DNA of 64,000 nucleotides from positions 79,819 through 143,818 of the forward strand of contig CAVVOB010000023.1 in NCBI GenBank assembly GCA_963749655.1, given 5' to 3'. Shown here one piece after another: positions 21,463 to 31,063 of the stretch. Below the pieces are notes generated by a model, which did no database searches, was not told the DNA's origin, and worked only from the letters and a program-made list of their open reading frames with translations. Position 1 is the stretch's first letter, and each line of letters starts with the position of its first letter. The stretch comes from Nitrospirota bacterium. GTDB taxonomy: Bacteria; Nitrospirota; UBA9217. The position numbers and the translations under genes are program-made.

Positions 21463-21840
21463 GTAGGTCAGGTAGAGCGCAGCGAAACCCGACAACTCTC
21501 ATCTATTCCCTGCTGATAAGAGCCTCGAAAACAATTTAACGCCCGTCGCCCCAATCTGCGTGATAAATCCCCTGCTTGACATAGCGATGAAAACTTGAAT
21601 ACGGCCCGGCAACAACACGAAAGTGTCTATGGTAAACGGGTGACGGGACCTGACCTTCCGGAGCGTAACGAAAAAACGCGACATTAGCATCGTAACACAG
21701 AAATTTTCTTCGCTTATCCCTTATACCGGTGAAGAAGAATGAAGCTTCTTTTGCAATTGATCGTTTGTATCGCATATAGCTCGAAATTTGGCCAATCATT
21801 GCGATTGCGTCAGGTTTCGCTGCGCTCTACCCGACTTCCC
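21463..21840 (-). pseudogene. Degenerate REP-associated tyrosine transposase (RAYT) between GTAG-type REPs
   Basis: Fragments MRYKR....ASFFFT and HPFTIDTFVLLP; flanked by GTAGGTCAGGTAGAGCGCAGCGAAACCCGAC and its inverted copy (about 21808-21836). Confidence 0.7.
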
Positions 21841-21857
21841 CGGCTTGTCAATTATGT

Positions 21858-22142
21858 TTATGCGGCTCTTTTGAGACTGATACGCATTCCAGCCTTCGTT
21901 GCGAGCGAGATAAGCATTTCCAAGCTGAATTTTTCCCACTTACCTCTTATGAGATCAGAGACGCGCGATTGACTGACGCCAAGAATCTCAGCCGCTTTTG
22001 CCTGCGTCAGCCTCTTGCTCTTGATGAACTTCCGTAGATCGGCCATGATCTCAGAACGCATCTGAAAAATTGCAGCTTCCTCCGGGGGGAAACCGAGATC
22101 AAGAAACACGTTGCTGGTAGATTTGATAACAGGTTCTTTCAT
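21858..22142 (-). CDS. XRE-family antitoxin (HigA-like, HTH_37)
   Basis: NVFLDLGF...LTQAKAAEILGVSQSRVSDLIRGK..KFSLE. Confidence 0.9.
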   Translation of the reverse strand: MKEPVIKSTSNVFLDLGFPPEEAAIFQMRSEIMADLRKFIKSKRLTQAKAAEILGVSQSRVSDLIRGKWEKFSLEMLISLATKAGMRISLKRAA

Positions 22143-22146
22143 AATG

Positions 22147-22460
22147 CTACCCTCCGATTTGTTTGAATCGCTTGCGAGCTAATTCAATATCGTGTTGATT
22201 CGTTTTTTGACTCTTCTTTTGAAATGCATGAAGTACATGCACGGCATCTTCAAATTTAGCTATGTAGATAATGCGCCATTCTCCCAATACGTGAATGCGG
22301 ATTTCCTTAACACCGCGTCCTATGGCGGACATAAGCTTCCAATCGGATGGTTCAAGTCCGCGCTGAATGGCATATAGTTCAAAGCCTGCTGCTTTTCGAG
22401 CTTCGTCCGGGAAGTTCCGAAGGTCATCCAAGCTTGAGCCTATGAAGTTTAGCGTTTCAT
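22147..22460 (-). CDS. RelE/HigB (Gp49-like) toxin (one A missing near the start)
   Basis: MKTLNFIGSSLDDLRNFP...GVKEIRI...VLHAFQKKSQKT once one A is restored in the ATGAAA run. Confidence 0.85.
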
Positions 22461-22551
22461 AGCAACAAGAGCATTATATAAGTTTTTATATAATATGCAA
22501 GGGGAATATCGGATTAGGTTTGCGGGGAGGCTTTTAGGGTACGCGCTACGC

Positions 22552-23001
22552 TCAGAGCTCGAACCAGGCAACCAATATGGAGAATTTCTGATGACTGTCC
22601 CAATAGGGAGGGCGGGGTCCGAAAGCTGTGTCGCAGGCTTTGCTGAGATCGGTCCCTTTCGGCAGACCGATTTTGGATGCTACGAACGATTGCGGAGTAT
22701 AGGGAACGAGCGGCAGGTTGCGCTGGCTCGCTAACAGGTTGAGTATGCCGAAGGGAAACTCAGAGGTAAACAACTGCTCTTTCCGCGGAGACAAAGCGAC
22801 GCGGTATGCAATCTTATCCGGCTGCAAGCGATTCAGCAGCTCATGAAATTGGCTCTCGTACCAGGCCATCAATTTCGGCACATCCGCAGGGTCCGTGGTG
22901 AGTAGACGGCCTTTTTCGACGAGAACAGGCGCCTCTTTAGCTCCGTCGAGAAGAGCATATCGAAACTGACCTTTTGCCAGGTGAATGCCCAGAACTTTCA
23001 T
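22552..23001 (-). CDS. Hypothetical protein, RNase H-like fold (DUF3010-like)
   Basis: MKVLGIHLAKG beta-strand start typical of RuvC/YqgF-like folds; AGGAG RBS. Confidence 0.55.
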   Translation of the reverse strand: MKVLGIHLAKGQFRYALLDGAKEAPVLVEKGRLLTTDPADVPKLMAWYESQFHELLNRLQPDKIAYRVALSPRKEQLFTSEFPFGILNLLASQRNLPLVPYTPQSFVASKIGLPKGTDLSKACDTAFGPRPPYWDSHQKFSILVAWFEL

Positions 23002-23027
23002 ACGCAGAACTCCTGTGCTGGACTGTT

Positions 23028-23372
23028 TTAATAGCCAAGCGGCTCCCACGACCTGAACATGTTGACCTCTTCTCCCGGATTCGGTAAGCCGGCTATCTTC
23101 CAGGCCTTGACCGGGTCCATGAACTTGTCCGTAACGCAGTTCTTCGGCTGGTGCACGTTCTTGCACACATACCGCACGATGGGGAAAAATTTGTGCTTCT
23201 GGTAATAGGTCCTCAGAAACTTCAGGATGTCGATCTGGTCCTCTAACAGGTAAGGGATGCCCTCCTTTTCAGCAAGGAGGCGCGCGATCGATTCATCCCA
23301 GTCTTCAAAGCTTACCAGGAACCCGTCTCCGTCGATAATTATTGTCTTTCCTTCATGCTCGAATATCGGCAT
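23028..23372 (-). CDS. TusE/DsrC/DsvC-family protein lacking the C-terminal cysteines
   Basis: DGDGFL...W...A..LAEKEGI...FLRTYY...AWKIAGLPNP, with no terminal Cys. Confidence 0.85.
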   Translation of the reverse strand: MPIFEHEGKTIIIDGDGFLVSFEDWDESIARLLAEKEGIPYLLEDQIDILKFLRTYYQKHKFFPIVRYVCKNVHQPKNCVTDKFMDPVKAWKIAGLPNPGEEVNMFRSWEPLGY

Positions 23373-23409
23373 AGGTTCCTTCTTTTTTAACAACGGGACA
23401 TGCCGAAGC

Positions 23410-24024
23410 TCATTTCGGTTTATTGTCCCCGTTAAACAACTGCGGGTAGAGCTTATGGGCGCAATCCGGGCAGATGCCGTGGGAAAATTCCGTACCCGAA
23501 TGGGCGCTGATATATACTTCCACCTGAGTCCAGTAGCCCTTGTCATCGCGGATCTTCTTGCAGTTTGCGCAGATGGGAAGGATCCCTCTCAATTGTTTTA
23601 TTTCCTTCATGGACCGCTCGAGCTGGCTCAGCAATTTTGTGCGCTCGATGGCATAGCGGATCGCGCGTCCCAGCGCCGGGCCGGTGACCAGACCTTTGAC
23701 CAGATAGTCCTGCGCGCCTTTGTGGACCGCTTCGACGGCAAGATCGTCGTCGTCGTGACCGGTCAGTACGATGATCGGGATGCCGGATGCCTGCGCATAT
23801 ACCGTTTCAAAGGTCTTGATGCCGACGGGACCGTCGGGGAGAGAGAGGTCCAGCAGAATGACGTCAAAAAGAACGCGCTTCAGGCTTTCCAGGCCACCGG
23901 CGAGCGTATCGAAATGGATCACATTGTACCTGATCTTTTTCGAAGCGTTCAGATATCTTGCGATCAGCGTCGCGTCGTCGGCGTTGTCTTCGATCAACAG
24001 CGTATTTATGCTTTTCGTGTCCAT
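23410..24024 (-). CDS. Response regulator with Cys-rich C-terminal domain
   Basis: REC domain (IEDN, LLDLSLPD, GAQDYLVK) plus LPICANCKKIRDDKGYW...SHGICPDC. Confidence 0.88.
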   Translation of the reverse strand: MDTKSINTLLIEDNADDATLIARYLNASKKIRYNVIHFDTLAGGLESLKRVLFDVILLDLSLPDGPVGIKTFETVYAQASGIPIIVLTGHDDDDLAVEAVHKGAQDYLVKGLVTGPALGRAIRYAIERTKLLSQLERSMKEIKQLRGILPICANCKKIRDDKGYWTQVEVYISAHSGTEFSHGICPDCAHKLYPQLFNGDNKPK

Positions 24025-24240
24025 GCGTTTAACTCTTCGCGCGGCATTGGGAACCCTGGGACCGGCGAAACCAGTGCTGGTCAGCCTTGACGTGTTGACC
24101 AGAGACTCACAGGGAACGTCGTTTTTATCTATAACTATCTTAACATATTCTCTGAGGTCAACCGTAGTTATGAGCGCTGATTTTTGAGAAGGAACAACAA
24201 AGGCCCGGGAAATTCCCGGGCCTGCTTGTTTGATGGTTTC

Positions 24241-24330
24241 GTAATAAGTCGTCATTCCCGCCTGTCGGGAATCGTTGTGCTTTACAACAAGTAGAAAAGA
24301 AACGACTCCGGACAAGCCGGAGTGACATCA
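24241..24330. repeat. CGTC-type REP doublet
   Basis: GTCATTCCCGCCTGTCGGGAATC...GACTCCGGACAAGCCGGAGTGAC. Confidence 0.75.
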
Positions 24331-24393
24331 AAAAAAGGCTTATCGCCTTTTTACGAGGCTATCTTATTTAAGACATGTTCACTACTCTGCTTT

Positions 24394-24927
24394 TTACCAC
24401 CTGCCGTCTACTGTCTCTCCGTTCGGCTTCGAGATCGGGTGCGGAGCAGCTTCCCGGTAATTGGAGATGCTTACTGATTCGAGAAAGCGCTGCATTGCTT
24501 CGGGATCCAGGTCCCCTGCCGGGACCATGACGTCGGGATGGCTGGCGGTAAGGATCGTCTGGACGAGGTTCCGTGCGCTGAAATCGAGTATCTCCTGGAC
24601 AGCCTCGGGAGATGCATCCTCGATCACAAGGTCATGTTCCTGGTACCAGCCATGCTCGTGCCCGTCTGTTGAGCCGGAGACATCGGCGTTCTTCGTCACG
24701 ATGCCCCGCTTGAGGGCAAAAAAGGAAACATCGGCCCGAAGCTGCTGCAGGCCTTTGAATGCGGCGTTTGAGCAGATGCCGGTCCGCCCCCAGATGATGG
24801 GGTTGAACCTGGGAAGGCTGAGGCCGCTGCTGAAGATGTAGCTGCCTGGGTGCTGCTCGGACTCACGAATGGCGATGGAGAAAAAATCGTTCCTGTACTC
24901 CTGTGAAGCGATGGCTGTCGTTTGCAT
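24394..24927 (-). CDS. Hypothetical protein
   Basis: AGGAGGG RBS, 177 aa. Confidence 0.7.
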   Translation of the reverse strand: MQTTAIASQEYRNDFFSIAIRESEQHPGSYIFSSGLSLPRFNPIIWGRTGICSNAAFKGLQQLRADVSFFALKRGIVTKNADVSGSTDGHEHGWYQEHDLVIEDASPEAVQEILDFSARNLVQTILTASHPDVMVPAGDLDPEAMQRFLESVSISNYREAAPHPISKPNGETVDGRW

Positions 24928-25201
24928 GGTAAGCTCCCTCCTTGATGACGATTAATATAATACCGTTTTCATCCTGGTTAGAAACAGTATAACCGAAGTC
25001 GGAGCCGACTACAAGTAAAAAAGAATGATTCCAATCTGTATTTCTAATTTGATATCTGTTAATAATGAGGGGCAGAAGCCAGAATTCAGCGGTCAGCTGG
25101 CAGTACAATGCCCGTTAAGGCCTCCGAGTGCCGTAAAAGAGATTGACCCGCGCTGTACATTCAATTAATATATGCATGTCAGCCACAAAGGGGGTGTTTC
25201 T

Positions 25202-25465
25202 GTGATATCAAAGCTTATCTTGCGGTTAAACGACTCGGTCATCAAGCAAGCGAGAAAGACCGCGCAGAACAAGGGCGTCAGCCTTTCGCGGATGGTCGAG
25301 GACTATTTCAAGTCAATCGCAGCCCAGAAAACGCGCGATGTATGGGAATCTCCAGTGCTGTATGAAGTGGCAGGAGTGCTGACAGGCAAACAGAACGCTG
25401 CAGGGCTTCGGGGCCGATACAGGAATCATGTCACTGAGAAGTACCGCCAGAAGGCCACTCAATGA
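25202..25465 (+). CDS. DUF6364-like RHH antitoxin (orphan)
   Basis: KLILRLNDSVIKQARKTAQNKGVSLSRMVEDYF; no downstream PIN toxin. Confidence 0.7.
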   Translation: MISKLILRLNDSVIKQARKTAQNKGVSLSRMVEDYFKSIAAQKTRDVWESPVLYEVAGVLTGKQNAAGLRGRYRNHVTEKYRQKATQ

Positions 25466-25515
25466 TGTTGTTGCACCCGTTGCATAGTGCTTGGGGAGCA
25501 GGCTAGTATCCCGTC

Positions 25516-26785
25516 TCAAAAAAACATCGAAGCACTCAACCCGAGTCCGTAGGCTACGCTCGTGAAGGCTTCCCGCTGCTGCATCTTCTCCTGACCGAAG
25601 CGCCGGACAAAGAGGTCCCTGACGATCGGGATATGGGAAGTGCCGCCGGTGGTAAAGATCACGTCGATGTCGCCGGGCCGGAGCCCCGCCTTCTGCACCG
25701 TATCATCGATGCACGCTGAAATCTTTCCAATATGACCGCTGATGGCTTCCTCGAATTCTTTCCGCCCGACCGCTTCTCTGATCTCAAGGCCCTGTTCGCG
25801 GAAAAATATCATGGACTTCTCGTAGGAAGACAATTCTATCTTTGCCTTTTCGAGAGCCTGGAAAAGCAGGAAACCGTTGTTGTCTTCGATCAGGTTCTGG
25901 AGGTTCGTGATGGCAGCGGGGTCGTCCGCCGTGATCCTTATGCCCTGGAGGGCCTCCCTGACGCTGTTCGTGCGGAGCTGCGGGACCAGGTGCCAGTTGA
26001 TCAGCTTGAAGGTAATGGAGCTCGGCATCTCGAGCGTCTGGCCTGTCATGCTTTTATACCGTACGTCTTTGCCGAAGTATTTGGCGACCTTCTCCCACAT
26101 GAGCCGGGAATCGAACGCATCGCCGGCTGATGGCGACGCCGCCCAGGGAGAGCACGTCCTTTGCCCTGTCCGCCTGGCCGGACTTGCCTCCCGTCAGCCT
26201 GATGACCGTAAAATCCGAGGTGCCTCCGCCGAAATCGCCGATCAGGACGATCTTTTCCTCGTCCTTTGCCAGGCTGTTCTCGAACGTCAGGGCGGCCGCG
26301 ACAGGCTCCAGCTGGAAAGCCACATGCTTGAACCCGGCGATCTCGGCCGCCCGCTTGAGCCGCCCCTCGGCAAGGATGTCCTTGTTCCGGTCCTCGGAAA
26401 AAACCACCGGCCTTCCCATGACCACATCAGTCACTTCGTGCCCTACAAACTCCTCTCCCCGCTTTTTGACGGTCAAAAGGACCAGCGCGATCAGATCTTC
26501 CAGCTCGTACCGCTTCCCGTTGACGTAGGTATATTCGAAGGCCGCGCTTGGCAGAAAGGATTTGATCGACTGCATGAACCTTCCGTGGCCGCGCTGCTCT
26601 ATATATTGCACGATCGCTTCCTGGCCCAGGTAGACGCCCTGCTCCTGGTCCATGAAGATCACGGACCGCATCGTCTTTTCCGTGGGATTGTGCGGATCGA
26701 TATCGATCACTTCCGTGCGGCCCTGCGCATTTACGGCAAGCGCCGAATTCGTGGTTCCAAAATCCAGTCCGAAAACAGTCTGCAT
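25516..26785 (-). CDS. Hsp70-family protein, YegD-like (frameshift near 26125)
   Basis: GLDFGTTNS, LEPVAAA, DFGGGTSDF, TGGTS. Confidence 0.88.
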
Positions 26786-26900
26786 GTGGTCATCCTTGTG
26801 ATGTCGTATGGGGAGCCGAAGTCACAAAATACTTGTTTCAAAAACTGCTGTCCAATCAAAAAATAGGCCCCCTCACGGGGTCCCCTTGATCGAGAAACAC

Positions 26901-26932
26901 AAAAGCCGGCTGGATAAATCCCGCCGGCTTTA
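26901..26932 (-). terminator. Intrinsic terminator after the candidate RNA
   Basis: AAAGCCGGC-gggatttatcca-GCCGGCTTTT on the minus strand. Confidence 0.75.
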
Positions 26933-26939
26933 AATCAAA

Positions 26940-27171
26940 AGGCGTTGCTTCTCGCGATCCAGACCGTTTCGTTGATTCTCGGGCATTGCCGATGGTTGCC
27001 GGTGCTCACGCTTCCGTGCTTTCGCAATTCCTGAAACGGCTCACTTCCATCGTTGTCCGACGCTCTTCGGAGCTATCAGCTTGCCGGCCGATCTTTCAGG
27101 TTGGCAATTCAAGCTCTCAACGAAATGCAGAATACGCGTAACACACTCTTCCGTGTGCTGTAGCAACGCCT
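26940..27171 (-). ncRNA. Candidate structured ncRNA or leader (232 nt), family unknown
   Basis: Nested long-range helices: AGGCGTTGCT/AGCAACGCCT (10 bp), TTTCGTTGA/TCAACGAAA (9 bp), ATTGCC/GGCAAT, CCTGAAA/TTTCAGG; GAAA and GTGA tetraloops; no long ORF; terminator follows. Confidence 0.6.
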
Positions 27172-27318
27172 ACTCATAGTATACCTCAGTATCGTCAAAA
27201 GTGGAGCCCTCAATTCCATCCGACGACATTAGTCTTACACTATAGTTTTTTGCTTCTTCGACGCTTCCTCGTCGATCGAGATGAACGCGCTTTTTGATCC
27301 CCGGAATCCCGGCTCCTT

Positions 27319-27630
27319 TCAATCCGATGAAGAGACGAGGACAGCCGCCTTTTCAGGGGGCTCCTCCAAGGCGACAGCCGATCGCTGACCGCTCACTGCT
27401 GCACCTTCATACCCGCCGGCCGATGCCTTTTTCATGCTGAGTACAGCCGCAATCATCCCGAAGATCATGGCAAATAAAAAGATGATGCCTCCGCAGACCC
27501 GCATGGCAATGGCGACACTCGACCGGACCTTTTCCAGTATCAAAGACGCCGCTCTTTTACCGGAGGTAGTTTGGTCTGAGCTGAAGGCTGACTGCTGATC
27601 GCTGACTGCTGCCTTTTCAACCCCATTCAT
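27319..27630 (-). CDS. Possible small membrane protein carrying embedded repeat sequence
   Basis: One TM segment; AVSDQQSAFS and AVSGQRSAV are translations of the CAGC/GCTG repeat family. Confidence 0.35.
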   Translation of the reverse strand: MNGVEKAAVSDQQSAFSSDQTTSGKRAASLILEKVRSSVAIAMRVCGGIIFLFAMIFGMIAAVLSMKKASAGGYEGAAVSGQRSAVALEEPPEKAAVLVSSSD

Positions 27631-27962
27631 AGTCTGCGTCCCCCTTACTATTACCAAAGTATCGCCATGTTTAATGGTAAGTGTGGAGCAATCGCCACAT
27701 GAGTCATTATCGCCACAAAGCAGCATTTGCCAGAACGCTGAAAAAACCGCACTATCGCTATCATAGCGTAGTTCACAGGCGATCTACCCTAATAAGGTGC
27801 ATATCATGTGCCGGGGAAGAAGCAGTACGAGTTTTTAGTTATGAGTGTTGAGTTTTGAGTTCAATCGGTATCAGGTCGGGTAGAACGCAGAGAGCCTAAC
27901 AGCTTTCAGTCGTTGCTTTAAAGGGTTCCTACACTGACGGCTGACAGCTGACTGCTGAAAAC

Positions 27963-28628
27963 TTACTCCTTGCGCGCCAGCATCGCGATATCGCGCACCT
28001 CGAGCACCCTTTTTTCCGGTCCCCTGCCCACGCTGTTTATCATGGCCAGCCCTATCTCTTTCAGGGTAAGGAAATACCCCGGGAAGAGCGCTTTCGAGAA
28101 CGGGAAGAGCGGCGTGAAGGCGTGATAGAACCAGTGTGTGTTCTTCAGGCCCCTCGTCGGCTGGATAAAAGCCGGCCGGAACATGTAGGCGCTCCGGAAG
28201 GGCAGCTGCATCAGATCGTTCTCGGTCCTGCCTTTTATCCTCGCCCACATGATGCGGCCCTTTTCACTGGAGTCCGTACCCATGCCGGACACGTAGCAGA
28301 TCGTCATGTCAGGGTTCAGTTTTGAAAGCATCCGGGCCAGGGCCATCGTAAGATCGTAGGTCAGGTGCTGGTAGGTTTTTTCCGACATGCCGACGGACGA
28401 CACACCCATGCAGAAAAATCCGGCATTATATCCGCTGAGTTCTTTTTCGATGCTGCTGAAATCGGAGAAATCCTGATGCACGATCTCTTTCAGCTTTCCA
28501 TGGCGCACCCCGCTGGGCCTCCTGGTGATCGCCAGAACGGACTCCACCTCGGGATGAAGGAGGCATTCGTGCAGCACCCCCTCTCCGACCATGCCGGTGA
28601 CGCCGGTTATAATGGCTTTTATTTTCAT
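27963..28628 (-). CDS. NAD(P)-binding epimerase/oxidoreductase (YraR-like)
   Basis: IITGVTGMVG Rossmann motif; WARIKGRTENDL; FRPAFI. Confidence 0.88.
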   Translation of the reverse strand: MKIKAIITGVTGMVGEGVLHECLLHPEVESVLAITRRPSGVRHGKLKEIVHQDFSDFSSIEKELSGYNAGFFCMGVSSVGMSEKTYQHLTYDLTMALARMLSKLNPDMTICYVSGMGTDSSEKGRIMWARIKGRTENDLMQLPFRSAYMFRPAFIQPTRGLKNTHWFYHAFTPLFPFSKALFPGYFLTLKEIGLAMINSVGRGPEKRVLEVRDIAMLARKE

Positions 28629-28693
28629 GGCATTGCTGCGTGTTTCGCTAAGATATCTGTTCTAAAGGTTGATACATTCGCAAAGTTTTTTTT

Positions 28694-28776
28694 AGCCACC
28701 GAGATCACAGAGAACTCAGAGAAAAGCATTGCCGCATTAAAGCATTACCTCTGTGCTCTCTGTGTTCTCTGCGGCA
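28694..28776. repeat. Intergenic palindromic repeat (GCCACCGAGATCACAGAG...CTCTGTGTTCTCTGCGGC)
   Basis: Inverted repeat seen directly. Confidence 0.7.
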
Positions 28777-28854
28777 AATCTTGACTTCATACGGGTTCAT
28801 CAAGATTATAGCTCAACTTACCAGAAGATCTCGCTGCAGTCGGGCTCTCAATAT

Positions 28855-30499
28855 CTATTTCCAATCAATGTACCGGATCTTTGTCTGGTCCGGGATAAGC
28901 CTGCCCAGGTCCCGGCCGTCTTTATTCATGAGCCGGGCATCGGTGTACCCTACGCTCTTGAGGTAGACGAGATACTGACCGGTGGGGTCGTATACCGGCA
29001 GCCAGTTGATCCAGGCGTCGGCCACGAGCGTGCGCTCCCCGCTCCCGTCGACGCGCGCCTCGACGATGTTCCATGGCGCAAAAAGGGCCGAAGGATCGGT
29101 GGAGTAATCCGTGCCCCTGGTGAACCGTTCGAAGACAGCGACCGTGCTCGTGGCAGCAGGGTCGTGGTCCGACGTGCCGGCCGTACCGGTCAGCTGCAGG
29201 AGATTTGCTCCGTCTTCGTTCATCACCGCGATGCGGACCTCCGCCGAACCTGCAGCGCCGAAGCGGTCGGTCTTGAATACGATCCTGCCATCCGGAAACC
29301 AGTCAGGATCGTTGTCGTTCGCGCCCGACGGGGTCAGGTCGGCGATCTCCGAACCGGTGGCGCTGCTCACGATGATCGATGCTTTTCCCGCCTCGCGGAA
29401 CGACGCATAGGCGATCTTGCTGTCGTCGGGCGACCACGCCGGATGGCCGTCCAGCAGCGAGTTGGTGGTGATGGATTTCAGGTTCGAGCCGTCGACGTTC
29501 ACGACATAGATCTCGTAGTTGGCGTAATCAGTGTTGGTCGGCGCTGCAAAAAATGCGATTCGCGTCCGGTCGTGGGACAAAGACGCGCCGTCTATGTAGA
29601 GCCCGGTGGTATGCGTCACGCGGGTAACGATCGAGGCTGCGGGATCGAAGGTATACAGCTCGCCCTGCGGATTTTCATGGTCGCTGATGAAAACAATCAG
29701 GCCGGTCAGGCCGGAAGGAATGTTCGGTTGATCGTAGGTTCCCGGCGTCGTGTAAGGCAGAAGCTCCCACGAGGAAGCATCGGTGCCTGCCGCGAGCGAG
29801 GAGCCGTTGTTCAAGTATCCGATGTTGCCGGCAGTACGACGGGGACGCTGAATCTGGACATGGTCATAGATCAGAACGTTGAACCGGGAGGCGGCGTCAG
29901 GACGCCATCCTGCCCCGCGGCTGTCCACGGTGATCGGTATCAGGAACTCAGCGCTGTATTTTCCCGAAGCATAGGTCATTTTCCCCCTGCCGTCGGCAAC
30001 AACATCATCGACCGCTTCCGTTCCCCGGACATGAAGGTCTCCGTACAGGGACCCGTAGTTCGTCATGATCAGGCGATGGGCGTCTTCGTTCTCATCCAGG
30101 ACGCCGTTTGCGTTGTTGTCGAAGAAGACGACGATGCCGTCAAAATCGTCCAGAAGAACCGTTCGGATCAAACGCGTTCTGCGTATCGTCGTCCCAGTCG
30201 AAGGCTATATAAAGATTGCGGTCGTCGTTCTGAGCGGCCCATCGGAGCGTGCAGGACTTGACCACGGTCCCGGTCCCAAAAGTGTCGAGGAGGTTGATGG
30301 TCTTTTGGTGAATCGTGCCGACAGCGGCAAGGTCTACGACGCCGTCAATTAGAAAGCGTTCGGCAATCGGAGTCAGGAGTTGAGGCGGGACGGGCGGGGG
30401 AGTCGTCGCAGTCGATCCGCCCTTGGAGCAGGCGCAGGAAAAAAGAAGGGAGAATGCGGCAACGGCAACTGCAGCCCGGGAAATATTATCTTGCATCAT
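28855..30499 (-). CDS. TolB-like/PD40 beta-propeller lipoprotein (frameshift near 30150)
   Basis: Lipobox CAC; PAWSPDDSKIAY, PDWFPDGRIVF and PVYDPTGQYLVY repeats. Confidence 0.8.
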
Positions 30500-30665
30500 C
30501 CCCCCTGAAGGTCGGCAATTAGTTGTTAGCTATCAGCGATCAGCTGTCCACGAGAAACAGAGGCTATTCCGATCAGCGCTTGACTAATCAAATGGTGACC
30601 GCGTCGAGTTTCACGTTTTGCTACCCGACTTACAAAAGCTGACAGCAGAAAGCTGATCGCAGCTT

Positions 30666-30986
30666 TCATTTCCGCTTACTCTCTCTCCTCTTCAGCTCTT
30701 TCCACTTTTCATATTCTTCCCGGGTTTTGAACCTGGACTCCTGCGGAGAATCGGGGCTGTCTGCATCGGTCTTCGCTTTATCCGCTCCCGGCTTCAGGTA
30801 TCGCATGTTTTTAATGTCGGAGACTTTTATGCGACTGGCTACTCCTCTGTCATTTTTCAAGTTCAGTAAAGTATTGCCATCAAGCCCGTGGTGAAAGCGG
30901 AAAACAAGATCGGATTCCTTTTTCTCATCACCTAATTCAAAGGTTATCACTTTATCGTTTTTTAGAAAGACCTTGATCATGACCAT
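30666..30986 (-). CDS. Hypothetical protein
   Basis: 106-aa ORF with AGGGGG RBS. Confidence 0.6.
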   Translation of the reverse strand: MVMIKVFLKNDKVITFELGDEKKESDLVFRFHHGLDGNTLLNLKNDRGVASRIKVSDIKNMRYLKPGADKAKTDADSPDSPQESRFKTREEYEKWKELKRRESKRK

Positions 30987-31063
30987 TCCCCCTGGGCGAA
31001 CTGTTTCCCTGTCTCAGTGTCTCACTATAATAATGCACCTTTCTGCAACATACAAGGAGTAAC

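Noticed and set aside
27001-27036. SRP (4.5S) RNA because of CAGG...GAAA...GGAAGC on the minus strand
   Set aside because: It lacks the conserved CAGG-stem-GNRA-stem-AGCA geometry of SRP domain IV.
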